Source: Bacteroidales bacterium (GTDB lineage Bacteria; Bacteroidota; Bacteroidia; Bacteroidales; UBA7960). Taken from it: a stretch of DNA of 64,000 nt. The notes under the pieces are model-generated. The model did not search any database. It was not told the origin of the DNA and worked only from the letters and a program-made list of their open reading frames with translations. Positions 55,775 through 64,000 of this stretch are shown here, piece after piece; within the stretch, counting starts at the first letter, position 1, and each line of letters starts with the position of its first letter. The translations under genes and the position numbers were made by a program. The DNA is taken from the NCBI GenBank assembly GCA_019429365.1, contig JAHYJD010000005.1, positions 3,240-67,239 on the forward strand. The letters run 5' to 3'.

Positions 55775-56161
55775 ATGATCAGGGTTACCTGTGCCATTAT
55801 CAAGGATGGCGACAAGATTTTTGCTGCCCAGCGCGGACCAGGAGCCCAGCAAGCCCTGAAGTGGGAGTTTCCGGGTGGCAAGGTTGAACCCGGCGAGTCG
55901 GATGAAGAATGCCTTTTGCGCGAACTTGAGGAAGAGCTTGAAATGCAGGTGAAGATCAAAGAGAAATTGCCTTCCTTTTTTCATGATTATCCTTCCTTTT
56001 CCATAGAGCTGATTCCCTTTCTGTGCAGCTCCGGGACGAAAAGCCATTCGGCAAATGAGCATGCGGGCACAGGCTGGTTTGCCCGCGAGGAACTGCAAAA
56101 GCTCGATTGGGCTGCAGCCGATGTGGCCATCATGCAGTTTGTGCTGGAGAAGGTGCTTTAA
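55775..56161 (+). CDS. NUDIX hydrolase, MutT-like (deoxy)nucleoside triphosphate pyrophosphohydrolase
   Basis: 128-aa ORF with the Nudix box GGKVEPGESDEECLLRELEEELEM. Confidence 0.85.
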   Translation: MIRVTCAIIKDGDKIFAAQRGPGAQQALKWEFPGGKVEPGESDEECLLRELEEELEMQVKIKEKLPSFFHDYPSFSIELIPFLCSSGTKSHSANEHAGTGWFAREELQKLDWAAADVAIMQFVLEKVL

Positions 56162-56805
56162 ACCAACTGATTTTTTCTGGCGTCGTACATGCGTTTCCAT
56201 TCAATCAGGCCCATTATGGCAATGATCAGGAAAATAACAAACTGGAAGCTGGTGAATACAAGCCCTTTGATGAAATACAGGGGAATGGAGATGATGTTTC
56301 CGGCGATCCAGTAAATCCAGTTTTCGATTTTTTTGCGGGCCATGTACCACATGCCGATCAGGAAGATGGAGGTGGTAAAGGAATCAACATATGGCACGTA
56401 AGTTTGCATATAACCGCCCGGATCGTTGCGTGTAAAGATCCAGATCAGTCCAAGAATGATCACATATAGCAATGGAATCATTAAGATTCCCAGGGCTTGT
56501 TCCTTTTTGGTATTCCAGCGGATGGGCAGCACCTTTTGGTTTTCGTCTTTGCGGGTCCACATATACCACCCATAAATGCTCATGCTGGTGTAAAACACGT
56601 TAATACCCATGTCGGCGTAAAGCTGGGCAAAAAAGCAAATGAAGATATAGATGACGGTGCTTACAATGCCTGTAGGGTAAACCAGGATGTTGGCCTTGCG
56701 GGCAAACCATACGCTGAGTATGCCAAAAACCACGGCAACGATCTCCCAAACGGAAGATTCACCTAAGTTCTGCATGAACAATTCAAAGAAGGTATTCCAA
56801 TCCAT
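56158..56805 (-). CDS. pnuC: Nicotinamide riboside transporter PnuC family
   Basis: About 7 TM segments. The W-rich blocks (WFARKANILVYPTGI, YGWYMW, W.Y.F) are typical of PnuC. The ATG at 56805 (MDWNTFF) is preferred because the longer ORF would run into the upstream terminator. Confidence 0.75.
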   Translation of the reverse strand: MDWNTFFELFMQNLGESSVWEIVAVVFGILSVWFARKANILVYPTGIVSTVIYIFICFFAQLYADMGINVFYTSMSIYGWYMWTRKDENQKVLPIRWNTKKEQALGILMIPLLYVIILGLIWIFTRNDPGGYMQTYVPYVDSFTTSIFLIGMWYMARKKIENWIYWIAGNIISIPLYFIKGLVFTSFQFVIFLIIAIMGLIEWKRMYDARKNQLV

Positions 56806-56850
56806 GATAAATACGGGCATTTTATTTTTAAGGCTGGGCAAAGGTATAAA

Positions 56851-56892
56851 TTCCAAAAGAAAACCCCGGTCTTATTTTTTTGACCGGGGTTT
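56851..56892 (-). terminator. Terminator after tonB paralog 2
   Basis: The minus strand reads AAACCCCGGTC-(10 nt)-GACCGGGGTTT-TCTTTT (11-bp perfect stem). Confidence 0.7.
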
Positions 56893-56909
56893 AAATTACA
56901 GGGTTGATG

Positions 56910-57584
56910 TTATTGCAACCTGAAAGTTATGCTTGCGCTGAAACTAACCCTAACAGCCCTTCCCGATTGCATTCCGGGCTGCCAGCGGGGCATGGTGCTG
57001 AACACCCTGATGGCTTCTTCGTCGCAGCCTCCTCCAATTCCCCGTAACACTTTTAAATTACTAATGCTTCCATCGGGTTCAACCACAAAACCTACATAAA
57101 CGGTTCCTCTGATGCCGGCTTCCTGGGCCAGACGCGGGTATTTAACATTTTTTGAAAGATATTCAATAAGGGCCCTGCCTCCACCGGGAAATTCGGGCAT
57201 TTTTTCAACAGCAATGAAGATTTGGTAGGGGTCAGCGGGTTCTTCTGGTTTTGGTGGCAACTGTTGCAAAACAGGCACTTCAACAAGAATATCAGAACCA
57301 GTATTAATGACAAGGTCCGGTACATCGACGGGATCATCATTTTTTACAATGTCAATTTGTGCAAGATCTGTGGGTGGCGGGGGAGGTGGTTTGGGAATGG
57401 TAACCGGTATCAGGTCTACATCCGGACTAATAACGGTTCCGTGAGGGAGAATTTTTTCATAACGGTTAAATGTCTTCCACTGAAAGGCAAAGAAAATGAA
57501 TGCAAGGCTGAGGATCAGCCCGATCTGGAAAAAGGTTCCCTTGAACCGTTCCAGGTTTTTGTGGGGTACTTTTTTGGCGTGCAT
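56910..57584 (-). CDS. tonB: Energy transducer TonB (paralog 2)
   Basis: Same architecture as 38784..39461: TM anchor, KPPPPPPT linker, and C-terminal GIRGTVYVGFVVEPDGSISNLKVLRGIGGGCDEEAIRV...MPRWQPG. Confidence 0.85.
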   Translation of the reverse strand: MHAKKVPHKNLERFKGTFFQIGLILSLAFIFFAFQWKTFNRYEKILPHGTVISPDVDLIPVTIPKPPPPPPTDLAQIDIVKNDDPVDVPDLVINTGSDILVEVPVLQQLPPKPEEPADPYQIFIAVEKMPEFPGGGRALIEYLSKNVKYPRLAQEAGIRGTVYVGFVVEPDGSISNLKVLRGIGGGCDEEAIRVFSTMPRWQPGMQSGRAVRVSFSASITFRLQ

Positions 57585-57638
57585 GGCAAAATTAGGTTTG
57601 GGTGAATATTGGTTCCTCTTTTAGCCAAAAAACCATGC

Positions 57639-57646
57639 CAAAAATA
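57639..57646 (-). promoter_or_regulatory. Candidate -7 promoter box (TAttTTTG) for tonB paralog 2
   Basis: The minus strand reads TTTATTTTTGGC, about 55 nt upstream of the tonB ATG, in the 84-nt gap after the radical SAM gene. Confidence 0.35.
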
Positions 57647-57668
57647 AATTTCTTTCGATAAGATATTT

Positions 57669-58835
57669 CTATTCCTGATTTTTAAAGAAATGGCAACCTG
57701 TTTCCCTTATAGCCTTTACTGTTTCTGTAAAGGATGCCTTCAGAACATTTCCCTTGCTGCCGCGACAAAACGGGCAGGCATGCACTTCGCCATTCGCATC
57801 GACATATAAGTAGCGGTTTCCCGCTCCCATGCAGCCAATTTCGCGCTGGTGATAACCAAAATAATTCACAATTGGAAACTGCTTGTAGGCCGGATCGGAA
57901 TTGATCTGATGAAAAAATGCAGCAATCACTGATATGCTTTCTCCATTCAAATGCACTTCCTGGCCTGCAAAGCTACCCACCGCCCTTGGTTCGAGAATAC
58001 GGATAAAATGCACGCCCCATTCTTTGGCCAGGGAGGCATAGGCAAACAAATTTTCTTTGCTGACAAAGGCTCGCGTTGCGCAAAGCGAAAGACTTACCAT
58101 TAAGCCTGCCTCTTTACAATTTCTGGCAGCTTTCTTTACCCATTCAAAACTTTGGTTATTATTTCTGAAGGCATTGTGTTTTTCTTCGTCCCAGTGGTCA
58201 AGGCTGATATTGGCTCCAAGCAGTCCTGCTTGCTTAAGGGTATGGGCTTTTTCTGCCGAAAGGCCAAAGCCCGAGGTGAGCAGCCAGCAATCCATTCTTT
58301 TGGATGCTTCACGCAGCAAGGCTGTCAGGTCGCTGAAGCGGGCCAGGGGTTCGCCACCGCTGAATTGAAGGTGCTTTAGTCCTTCACCTTCGAAACAGCG
58401 GAGCACCTCAAACAGCTGACCAAGGCTCAGTTTGTCTGTCGCTTCTATATTTTCCCAGTCGTAGCAATGGCTGCAGCTGAGCGGGCAACGGTTGGTAATG
58501 CCCCAGATAAGGGTAATCATGGCAGGCGGTCTGCCGTTTGTTCCCGTATTGTTTGGGTGTCGGGCCAGTTCACTTTTTAGCACATGTGCCAGCCTTGGCG
58601 AAGGGAAGCCTGGTACTTCGCTCGACCAGAAATACCTGCCGTCGGATTTCACAAACTTGAAAATCCGTTCCAGCCCCTGCTGTTTTCGCCTGAAGGCCAT
58701 TAAATGCTTCAGCGCCTTTAATGCTTTCAGGGGGCTTCGGTGCTCGCGCAGCATGATTTTCACGATGTTGAAATGCAATTTCCGGCGAATCCATGCTGCC
58801 CTTTTTCCCCAGATGAGTGCGGGTAGTTTATTCAT
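57669..58835 (-). CDS. Radical SAM enzyme with a ~110-aa N-terminal extension and a SPASM/twitch-like C-terminal Cys cluster; function unknown
   Basis: The Cx3Cx2C motif is in GITNRCPLSCSHCYDWEN. The SAM-binding-like block is LQFSGGEPL. The C-terminus reads GCMGAG..YLYVDANGEVHACPFC......GCH. Confidence 0.8.
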   Translation of the reverse strand: MNKLPALIWGKRAAWIRRKLHFNIVKIMLREHRSPLKALKALKHLMAFRRKQQGLERIFKFVKSDGRYFWSSEVPGFPSPRLAHVLKSELARHPNNTGTNGRPPAMITLIWGITNRCPLSCSHCYDWENIEATDKLSLGQLFEVLRCFEGEGLKHLQFSGGEPLARFSDLTALLREASKRMDCWLLTSGFGLSAEKAHTLKQAGLLGANISLDHWDEEKHNAFRNNNQSFEWVKKAARNCKEAGLMVSLSLCATRAFVSKENLFAYASLAKEWGVHFIRILEPRAVGSFAGQEVHLNGESISVIAAFFHQINSDPAYKQFPIVNYFGYHQREIGCMGAGNRYLYVDANGEVHACPFCRGSKGNVLKASFTETVKAIRETGCHFFKNQE

Positions 58836-58844
58836 GCCTGCCTT

Positions 58845-60440
58845 TTATTCTGCAATTGCCCTGGCCAAAGCCTGCAAATATTCGATGGTAAAGCGGTTAA
58901 ACTGCCCCGGCTCGCGAAAGCTCTGAAGATACTGCCGATCGGGTCTTCCGCTGGGCTCGCGGATTACCTGGTAATGTCCTTTCGAATGCAGGATAATACT
59001 TCGGCTCTCGTCGGTCATTGCCGGAAGGACAAACTTCACCACGGCTTCGTCGCCAATTTCAGGCTGAACGTAATAAAGGTCATCGTCGGCAGCAAGCAGG
59101 TGGGTTACATCCCCGCCCAACTGGTTAATGGCCGATTGAATTGGCACGACATGCTTTGTTACGGCAACATTTTCAGAATAATCAATTCCCGCGTAATCAA
59201 CTTCCCAGAAATAGGCACCATATTCAAGCTTAATGCGGAGCGGACCATCAGATGTAAAATCAACAGGAATGGAAAGTACATCGTTTTTTAGAGCCATTGG
59301 GCCAATAATATTGTAGTAATCAACAAACTCCCACGCCCCATTACGCTCGATATAGACTGAAAGAGGAATGTTCTGGTCGAAGGTCCACTGCCTTAGCTGT
59401 TCAGCAGGGGCATTTTTCTGACTGGCTTGCCATGACTGATACGCATCTCCAAATTGGTATTGGAACCGGTTTAGGTTATAATCGAGGAGAAAGGAGTTTT
59501 TTGCCCTGATCACCAGTTTGGCATTCTCAGCCAGTTCAGGTTTTTCAAATTCAAGAATAATACCGTCGGTAATTGTTTTTTGCTCAAGCGGATCTTCACC
59601 AACATAAGCCAGTCCGTCTTGTTGTTTTATTATGCTGAGAATGTCATTTCCGGCCAGGTTAAAAGCGTTTATCGGTGGTGTCAGGTTTGAAAAAGTATGT
59701 TCAACGCCGTATTTGTCGGTAAGAACTTCCACAGATTCAGGGTGATCGTAAACCCAGAGTTCCAGCAGATTGGTGTGCTGAATCTCTTTGATCTCGTTTG
59801 AGATTTTCATCTGGAAAATGTCGCTCTGTTTATCAAGCAATGGTAAATGCAGAAAATCATGCCGCTCGAGCTGAGGTTGTATGGCTCCGCTGTAGATTTC
59901 TCCCACGAAGGCATATTCCTCCCCATCAAATACGTAAATAAAAGGGCAGGATTCTTTAAAAATCAGCAGAAGAATAAAAAAGGCTGCAAAGCCAGCAGCG
60001 ACCAGCCCAACTCCACCCAGTAACCATGATCCGACGGTGGCGCCAACATGCGGGTCGTACATTTCAATTTTCTCGATTTGATCCAATGGAATGCTGGCTC
60101 TGGCGTCAGCGGGCTTTACAAAGGCGGGAACATAAATCTGAACTTCCTTTAAAATATGAGACTCTTTGCTTTTTATATAGCGGTTAGGGCGATCGGGTTT
60201 GGTCTCAATATGCCTGGAGTAACCATATAGTGGCTTAATGATTCCTGAAATTTCACTATTTGATATTTCTGCCTGCGACAATTCGTACACCATTCCATCT
60301 GAAATCAAAAGGATGGTTTTCTGATCGGAAACAGAAGTCTCAATGGTGTCCTGGAACGCCCCCTGAGGCCGGCTAACTTTGTAATAGTACCTGCAGCCTG
60401 TAAGGTTCAGCAATGCGAAAATCAGCACCCAGCTCAGCAT
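58845..60440 (-). CDS. Large lipoprotein/membrane protein of unknown function, translationally adjacent to the radical SAM gene
   Basis: Lipobox MLSWVLIFALLNLTGC (ATG at 60440; the listed ORF extends to 60521). There is an internal TM helix VGATVGSWLLGGVGLVAAGFAAFFILLLIF followed by KESCPFIYVFDG, then a ~360-aa C-terminal domain with no family I recognise. The stop lies 9 nt before the radical SAM ATG. Confidence 0.7.
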   Translation of the reverse strand: MLSWVLIFALLNLTGCRYYYKVSRPQGAFQDTIETSVSDQKTILLISDGMVYELSQAEISNSEISGIIKPLYGYSRHIETKPDRPNRYIKSKESHILKEVQIYVPAFVKPADARASIPLDQIEKIEMYDPHVGATVGSWLLGGVGLVAAGFAAFFILLLIFKESCPFIYVFDGEEYAFVGEIYSGAIQPQLERHDFLHLPLLDKQSDIFQMKISNEIKEIQHTNLLELWVYDHPESVEVLTDKYGVEHTFSNLTPPINAFNLAGNDILSIIKQQDGLAYVGEDPLEQKTITDGIILEFEKPELAENAKLVIRAKNSFLLDYNLNRFQYQFGDAYQSWQASQKNAPAEQLRQWTFDQNIPLSVYIERNGAWEFVDYYNIIGPMALKNDVLSIPVDFTSDGPLRIKLEYGAYFWEVDYAGIDYSENVAVTKHVVPIQSAINQLGGDVTHLLAADDDLYYVQPEIGDEAVVKFVLPAMTDESRSIILHSKGHYQVIREPSGRPDRQYLQSFREPGQFNRFTIEYLQALARAIAE

Positions 60441-60642
60441 CCTTGAAGTGAGCGATTCCCTGAAGAATTGAATGATTTGTGTTTGGGAGCAGTTCCTCCC
60501 TTCAGTAAATAGTGTTTCCATGGCATTTTTTTTAAAAATTAAAGACCAGAAACAATGGGAGGCAATTTCATTAGAAAGTTACAACAAAATTTAATGTAAT
60601 AGATAATATCGGTGGAAATGTTGCACCAGAGCTTTCTAGATA

Positions 60643-62913
60643 TTAATCAGTTGTACTTTTTCTGAAATTTAACTCTGCCAGTGCGAACCTTACCTCACTA
60701 TAGGAAAAGTCGCTGCCCAATACGGCCATTACATCACCCAGCCGTGTGCTTTTTACGGCTTTCGAAGCCGCAATGATCTGATCTGTTTTTTCCTGTTCCA
60801 AAAACCGGGAGGCTTCAAGCTTGCCCTGTTCCACAAACCAGGCCAGGTGGCCTTCGATGGTCGATTCGGCCAGCGAGCGTGTGCGGGCAATGGCTTCCAC
60901 GCCCAATCCCTGGCAAAAAAGCTCATAGGTAATGTCGCGAGAGTGGGGTTTGGGTTCCTTTTTCTCGGCGGGCTGTTTGCTTTTCTTTTTACGGCCGCGG
61001 CTGCCTTTTTCGGGTTCGGCCGCGGCTGCCATTAGTTCTCGTTCGAGCTGCCTGCCTCTGTTTCTCAGTCGGTTTTTGGTTAGTTCGTTGTTTTCGATAA
61101 CCGATTTTACCAGCATTACCGCCTTGTGCATGGCCTGGAGGCGGGCATAGACCACACTTTCCAGGTCGCGGAGTTCGGTCGTGTATTTTTTCATGCCGCT
61201 CTGCCCGTTCACTTCTTTGATGTGCGCAAATATTTTACCCGAAAGTTCTTTCAGCAGCGGTTCAAAATAATCGGTGGCGGCCTGCAGGCGCTGTTGCAAA
61301 AGCGGAAACTGATCTTTTTGTGAAAGGGCGCCCTGTCGCGAAAGTTGATTAAGAAATTTGCCTGCTACCTCCTTCAGGTTTCTCACTTCTTCGAGCCAGG
61401 TTGCCGCAAAGTGCTGAAAGGCCTGCTTTGCCGAGCGCTTCTCATCCTTGTTATAGCTTTTCACGAAGTCTTCAAAGATCCATACCATCGGTGCCAGTTC
61501 GAAGGTTTGCTGCACCTCCCTGCCAACAAACAGGTGGGTTTCGCTGTGGAGGCGTTGCATCAGGGTTTCGTTGCCTGGCCTGCTGCCAGCAAAACTTACC
61601 AGCGAAGGGTCGAGTCCGGGGCTTTTATCCGGGAATGGGGCCGTAAGCACCAGCCCCTCGAGGCTGCGCAGGCGCGACAGGGCTACATAGGTCTGTCCCG
61701 AAGCAAAGGCACCCGACACATCGATCACAGCCTTGTCGAAGGTGAGGCCCTGGCTCTTATGAATGGTGATGGCCCAGGCCAGCTTCAGCGGCAGGTGGGT
61801 AAAGTTGCCGGCCACTTTTTCTTCAATTTCGTTGGTGGTCTGGTTCAGGCTGAATTTTTTATTTTCCCAGGTGTAAGGCTCCACTTCCGTGGAAGGCGAA
61901 CCGTCAGTAAAACGCACCACAACCGTGTCGTCGCTGATGTCGTCAACAATACCGATCTTTCCGTTGAAGTAGCGTCGCTCGCCCGAGTAGTCGTTTTTTA
62001 TGAACATGACCTGGGCGCCGATTTTTAACTCGAGGGTATATTCGACAGGAAACTGCGATTCGTTGAAGTCGCCATCCACCCTGGCGTCGAAACGGTACAC
62101 CTTGCCCCTGAGCTTTTCGAGGGCTTTGCGGTTTATTTGGTCAGCCTTCTGGTTGTGGGTGGTCAGGAAGATCCAGCCTTCGTTTTCGGTGGGGTCGAAC
62201 CCGGGCTGGTAGTGGCTGTTGAGCAGGGCCATGTCGCTGGTGCTGAGCTGGTTGTTGCGCAGGTTATTGAGCAGCTCAATGAAACGCAGATCACTCTGGC
62301 GGAAAATATTTTCCAGTTCAATATAAAGTGGGGGTTGTTGCTTCAGCGCCTTGGCTTCGAAAAAATGCATGGAGGAGTAGTGCCACCTGAGCAGCTCCCA
62401 TTCGTCGTTTTTAACCACCGGTGGCAACTGCCAAAGGTCGCCGATAAACAGGATTTGCAGCCCGCCGAATGGCAAGTCCCTTTTTCGGCGCACATGCCTC
62501 AAAATGGTGTCGATGGCATCGAGCAGGTCGGCCCGCAGCATACTCACCTCGTCGATAATGAGCAGTTCGAGCTCCCTGAGCATGTTGCGTTTGGTGGCGT
62601 GGAGCTGAATTTTGCCAATAAGGCTCTGCGGGGTGTTGATCTGGGTGCTGAGGCTGGTGCGGTCCAGGCCCTGAAGTGAGGGCAAAAACGATCCGAACGG
62701 CAACTGAAAAAGTGAGTGAAGGGTTATGCCGCCGGCATTGATGGCTGCAATGCCCGTTGGGGCAGCAACAATTGACTTTTTGTGGGTATATTCCACAATT
62801 TTGCGCAGAAAGGTGGTCTTACCCGTGCCCGCCTTTCCCGTAAGGAAAATATGACAACCCGTATGGTTGATGAAGCGCGAAGCCAAGGCAGCGGGTGAAG
62901 GGTAGCTTTTCAT
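60643..62913 (-). CDS. Pif1/RecD-like SF1B DNA helicase with a C-terminal helix-turn-helix extension
   Basis: 756-aa ORF with Walker A GKAGTGKTT, Walker B LIIDEVSM, FIGD..QLPPV, ITIHKSQGLTFD and YVALSR motifs. The basic linker (RGRKKKSKQPAEKKEPK) is followed by an HTH-like tail. Confidence 0.8.
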   Translation of the reverse strand: MKSYPSPAALASRFINHTGCHIFLTGKAGTGKTTFLRKIVEYTHKKSIVAAPTGIAAINAGGITLHSLFQLPFGSFLPSLQGLDRTSLSTQINTPQSLIGKIQLHATKRNMLRELELLIIDEVSMLRADLLDAIDTILRHVRRKRDLPFGGLQILFIGDLWQLPPVVKNDEWELLRWHYSSMHFFEAKALKQQPPLYIELENIFRQSDLRFIELLNNLRNNQLSTSDMALLNSHYQPGFDPTENEGWIFLTTHNQKADQINRKALEKLRGKVYRFDARVDGDFNESQFPVEYTLELKIGAQVMFIKNDYSGERRYFNGKIGIVDDISDDTVVVRFTDGSPSTEVEPYTWENKKFSLNQTTNEIEEKVAGNFTHLPLKLAWAITIHKSQGLTFDKAVIDVSGAFASGQTYVALSRLRSLEGLVLTAPFPDKSPGLDPSLVSFAGSRPGNETLMQRLHSETHLFVGREVQQTFELAPMVWIFEDFVKSYNKDEKRSAKQAFQHFAATWLEEVRNLKEVAGKFLNQLSRQGALSQKDQFPLLQQRLQAATDYFEPLLKELSGKIFAHIKEVNGQSGMKKYTTELRDLESVVYARLQAMHKAVMLVKSVIENNELTKNRLRNRGRQLERELMAAAAEPEKGSRGRKKKSKQPAEKKEPKPHSRDITYELFCQGLGVEAIARTRSLAESTIEGHLAWFVEQGKLEASRFLEQEKTDQIIAASKAVKSTRLGDVMAVLGSDFSYSEVRFALAELNFRKSTTD

Positions 62914-62996
62914 TCTTGCACGAGATTTTTCCCCGGAAGGGTAAAACTAATAAAATTCGGATAGCCCGAAAAGGAATTTGCCTCCTTTCGGGGAAT

Positions 62997-63030
62997 AAAA
63001 AAAGCGCAGCTGCTGCAGCCACGCTTTTTA
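62997..63030 (-). terminator. Candidate terminator after the beta-barrel protein gene
   Basis: The minus strand reads AAGCG-TGGCTGCAGCAGCTG-CGCTT-TTTTTT. Confidence 0.4.
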
Positions 63031-63051
63031 AAGATTTGTTGATACGGGGTC

Positions 63052-63717
63052 TTAGAACCTGTAGCCCAGCGAAATACCAAAGCCGGTGTTTTTAAAACTG
63101 GCTTCACTGTTCACGGAGGTGTTTTCAGCGTTGATTTCGGCCAGACCAAGCTGGGTGTTGATTTGGAAAGAGAGGCCACCGGCCAGCTCATAACCGAAGA
63201 ACACATTGGCACCAAAATCGAGTGGCTTGAATTGATTAAATCGCACCAAACCGTCGTATTCTTTAGTATATTCAATGTCCTCGGTAGTAGTGGTGTTGTT
63301 TATTGTGTATTCCACTTTGCCGGTGATTCCATAGCCCACGTAAGGCCCGAAGCCGAGTAAGAACCTTCCGTTGCCCAGCTGCGGCTTGTAAAGGAAGCTA
63401 ATGGGCACTTCGATGTAACCAAGGTTGTATTCGAGCGAGAGGTCCTGTCCGAACAATTCGTCTTTTGCCTTGGCACCTTTGGTAGAAAAAAGCACTCCGG
63501 GCTGAACAAAAAAGTCGGGAGCTACCGGAATCTCAACCACTACCCCGGCATTAAATCTTGGAACAAGGCTGAGTTCGAGGGCATCGCCATCAAAGTCCTT
63601 ACCATTAATATTCTGAAGGTCGAAACCTCCCCTAAGCCCGAAGGAAACCCCCTGGGCCTGGGCAGTGAATCCTGCCAGGAGGAGAAAAGCAATTGCTACT
63701 AACCATTTATTTTTCAT
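63052..63717 (-). CDS. Small outer-membrane beta-barrel protein (OmpA-like barrel/porin family)
   Basis: Signal peptide MKNKWLVAIAFLLLAGFTAQAQ (ATG at 63717), about 8-10 amphipathic strands, and C-terminus ...GISLGYRF. Confidence 0.7.
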   Translation of the reverse strand: MKNKWLVAIAFLLLAGFTAQAQGVSFGLRGGFDLQNINGKDFDGDALELSLVPRFNAGVVVEIPVAPDFFVQPGVLFSTKGAKAKDELFGQDLSLEYNLGYIEVPISFLYKPQLGNGRFLLGFGPYVGYGITGKVEYTINNTTTTEDIEYTKEYDGLVRFNQFKPLDFGANVFFGYELAGGLSFQINTQLGLAEINAENTSVNSEASFKNTGFGISLGYRF

Positions 63718-63773
63718 AAACATTTGAATTTTAGGGATAACAAAATATTCTAAAAAACTTGGATTCAAAGCCT

Positions 63774-64000
63774 CTAGTTGCCGGCGGCTTCCCGTTCGGC
63801 ATCCTGAAGCATTTTCTCGTTTGCGGTGATGGCAAACTCTACGCGTCGATTCTGTGCCCGGCCCTCGGCAGTTTCATTGCTGTATTTTGGCTGCTCTTCG
63901 CCAAAGCCAATAATGGTGAGGCGTTTCGCCAGGATGCCCTTAGTGATAAGGTAATCGGCCACGGCACCTGCCCTGCGCTCAGAGAGAGTCTGGTTGTAAC
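63774..64000 (-). CDS. OmpA-family peptidoglycan-binding protein, C-terminal part (5' end outside window)
   Basis: The frame is open to the window edge. It reads ...LSERRAGAVADYLI.KGI...RL...GFGE.QP......EGRA.NRRVEF, the classical OmpA C-terminal motif. Confidence 0.8.
   Translation of the reverse strand, partial: YNQTLSERRAGAVADYLITKGILAKRLTIIGFGEEQPKYSNETAEGRAQNRRVEFAITANEKMLQDAEREAAGN

Noticed and set aside
56806-56856. An upstream extension of pnuC (MEFIPLPSLKNKMPVFI...).
   Set aside because: It would overlap the T-tract of the tonB terminator (56851..56892). PnuC homologs start close to the MDW... position.
57592-57636. A 14-aa micro-ORF (MVFWLKEEPIFTQT) just downstream of the radical SAM gene, considered as a possible precursor peptide.
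   Set aside because: It has no Cys or other typical rSAM target residues and no leader-like sequence. It overlaps a candidate tonB promoter box, and an ORF of this size is expected by chance.
62925-62995. Nested inverted repeats (CCCCGGAAGG...CCTTTCGGGG enclosing TTCGG-atagc-CCGAA) in the helicase leader, considered as a possible riboswitch.
   Set aside because: The stems are short and imperfect, and I recognise no conserved riboswitch core. There is not enough evidence beyond generic secondary structure.
1-64000. A search for CRISPR arrays, IS elements, integrases, prophage, toxin-antitoxin or defence-island genes, and for att-like duplication of the tRNA-Leu 3' end.
   Set aside because: I found no periodic direct repeats, transposase or recombinase motifs, or obvious tRNA-fragment duplicates by eye. 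The gene content and orientation look like core chromosome.

Overview
This window looks like a dense chromosomal segment from a Bacteroidota-type genome. The taxon call rests on a SusC/SusD pair, many lipobox signal peptides, TAnnTTTG -7 promoter boxes, near-absence of Shine-Dalgarno sequences, and RpoN plus an RprX/RprY-like two-component pair. I support about 60 protein genes, one tRNA-Leu(CAA), about 20 hairpin terminators and about 10 candidate promoters. I saw no rRNA, CRISPR array, transposase, integrase or phage genes.

Most of the content is housekeeping:
- Translation: an EF-G paralog, prfB, proS, asnS, ctc, pth.
- DNA and nucleotide metabolism: nrdJ, recX, rng, hup, mutY, ssb, recG, xseAB, prs, a NUDIX hydrolase, a Pif1-like helicase.
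- Other core functions: lpxK, fbaA, rpoN, gcvH, sodB, pnuC and a complete sufBCDS-sufE-DUF59 operon.

Two genes are missed or split by the ORF track. prfB needs a programmed +1 frameshift (AGGAGG-TTC-CTT-TGA-C). A 29-aa hyper-basic bS22-like ORF sits below the length cut-off.

The non-routine items, best first:
1. A tightly coupled radical-SAM (SPASM/twitch-like) enzyme and a ~530-aa lipoprotein with an internal TM helix. I cannot assign either to a known system.
2. A lipoprotein cyanophycinase plus YfcC-type transporter operon next to a SusC/SusD/surface-lipoprotein locus whose susC carries a large internal deletion.
3. A ~610-aa lipoprotein made of an extremely Tyr/Trp/Gly-rich half and a Pro/Gln/Arg/Thr/Ala-rich half.
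4. A tocopherol-cyclase-like gene apparently co-transcribed with xseAB.
5. Structured leaders upstream of nrdJ and rng.

All family assignments come from motif recognition by eye. No database search or folding computation was run.
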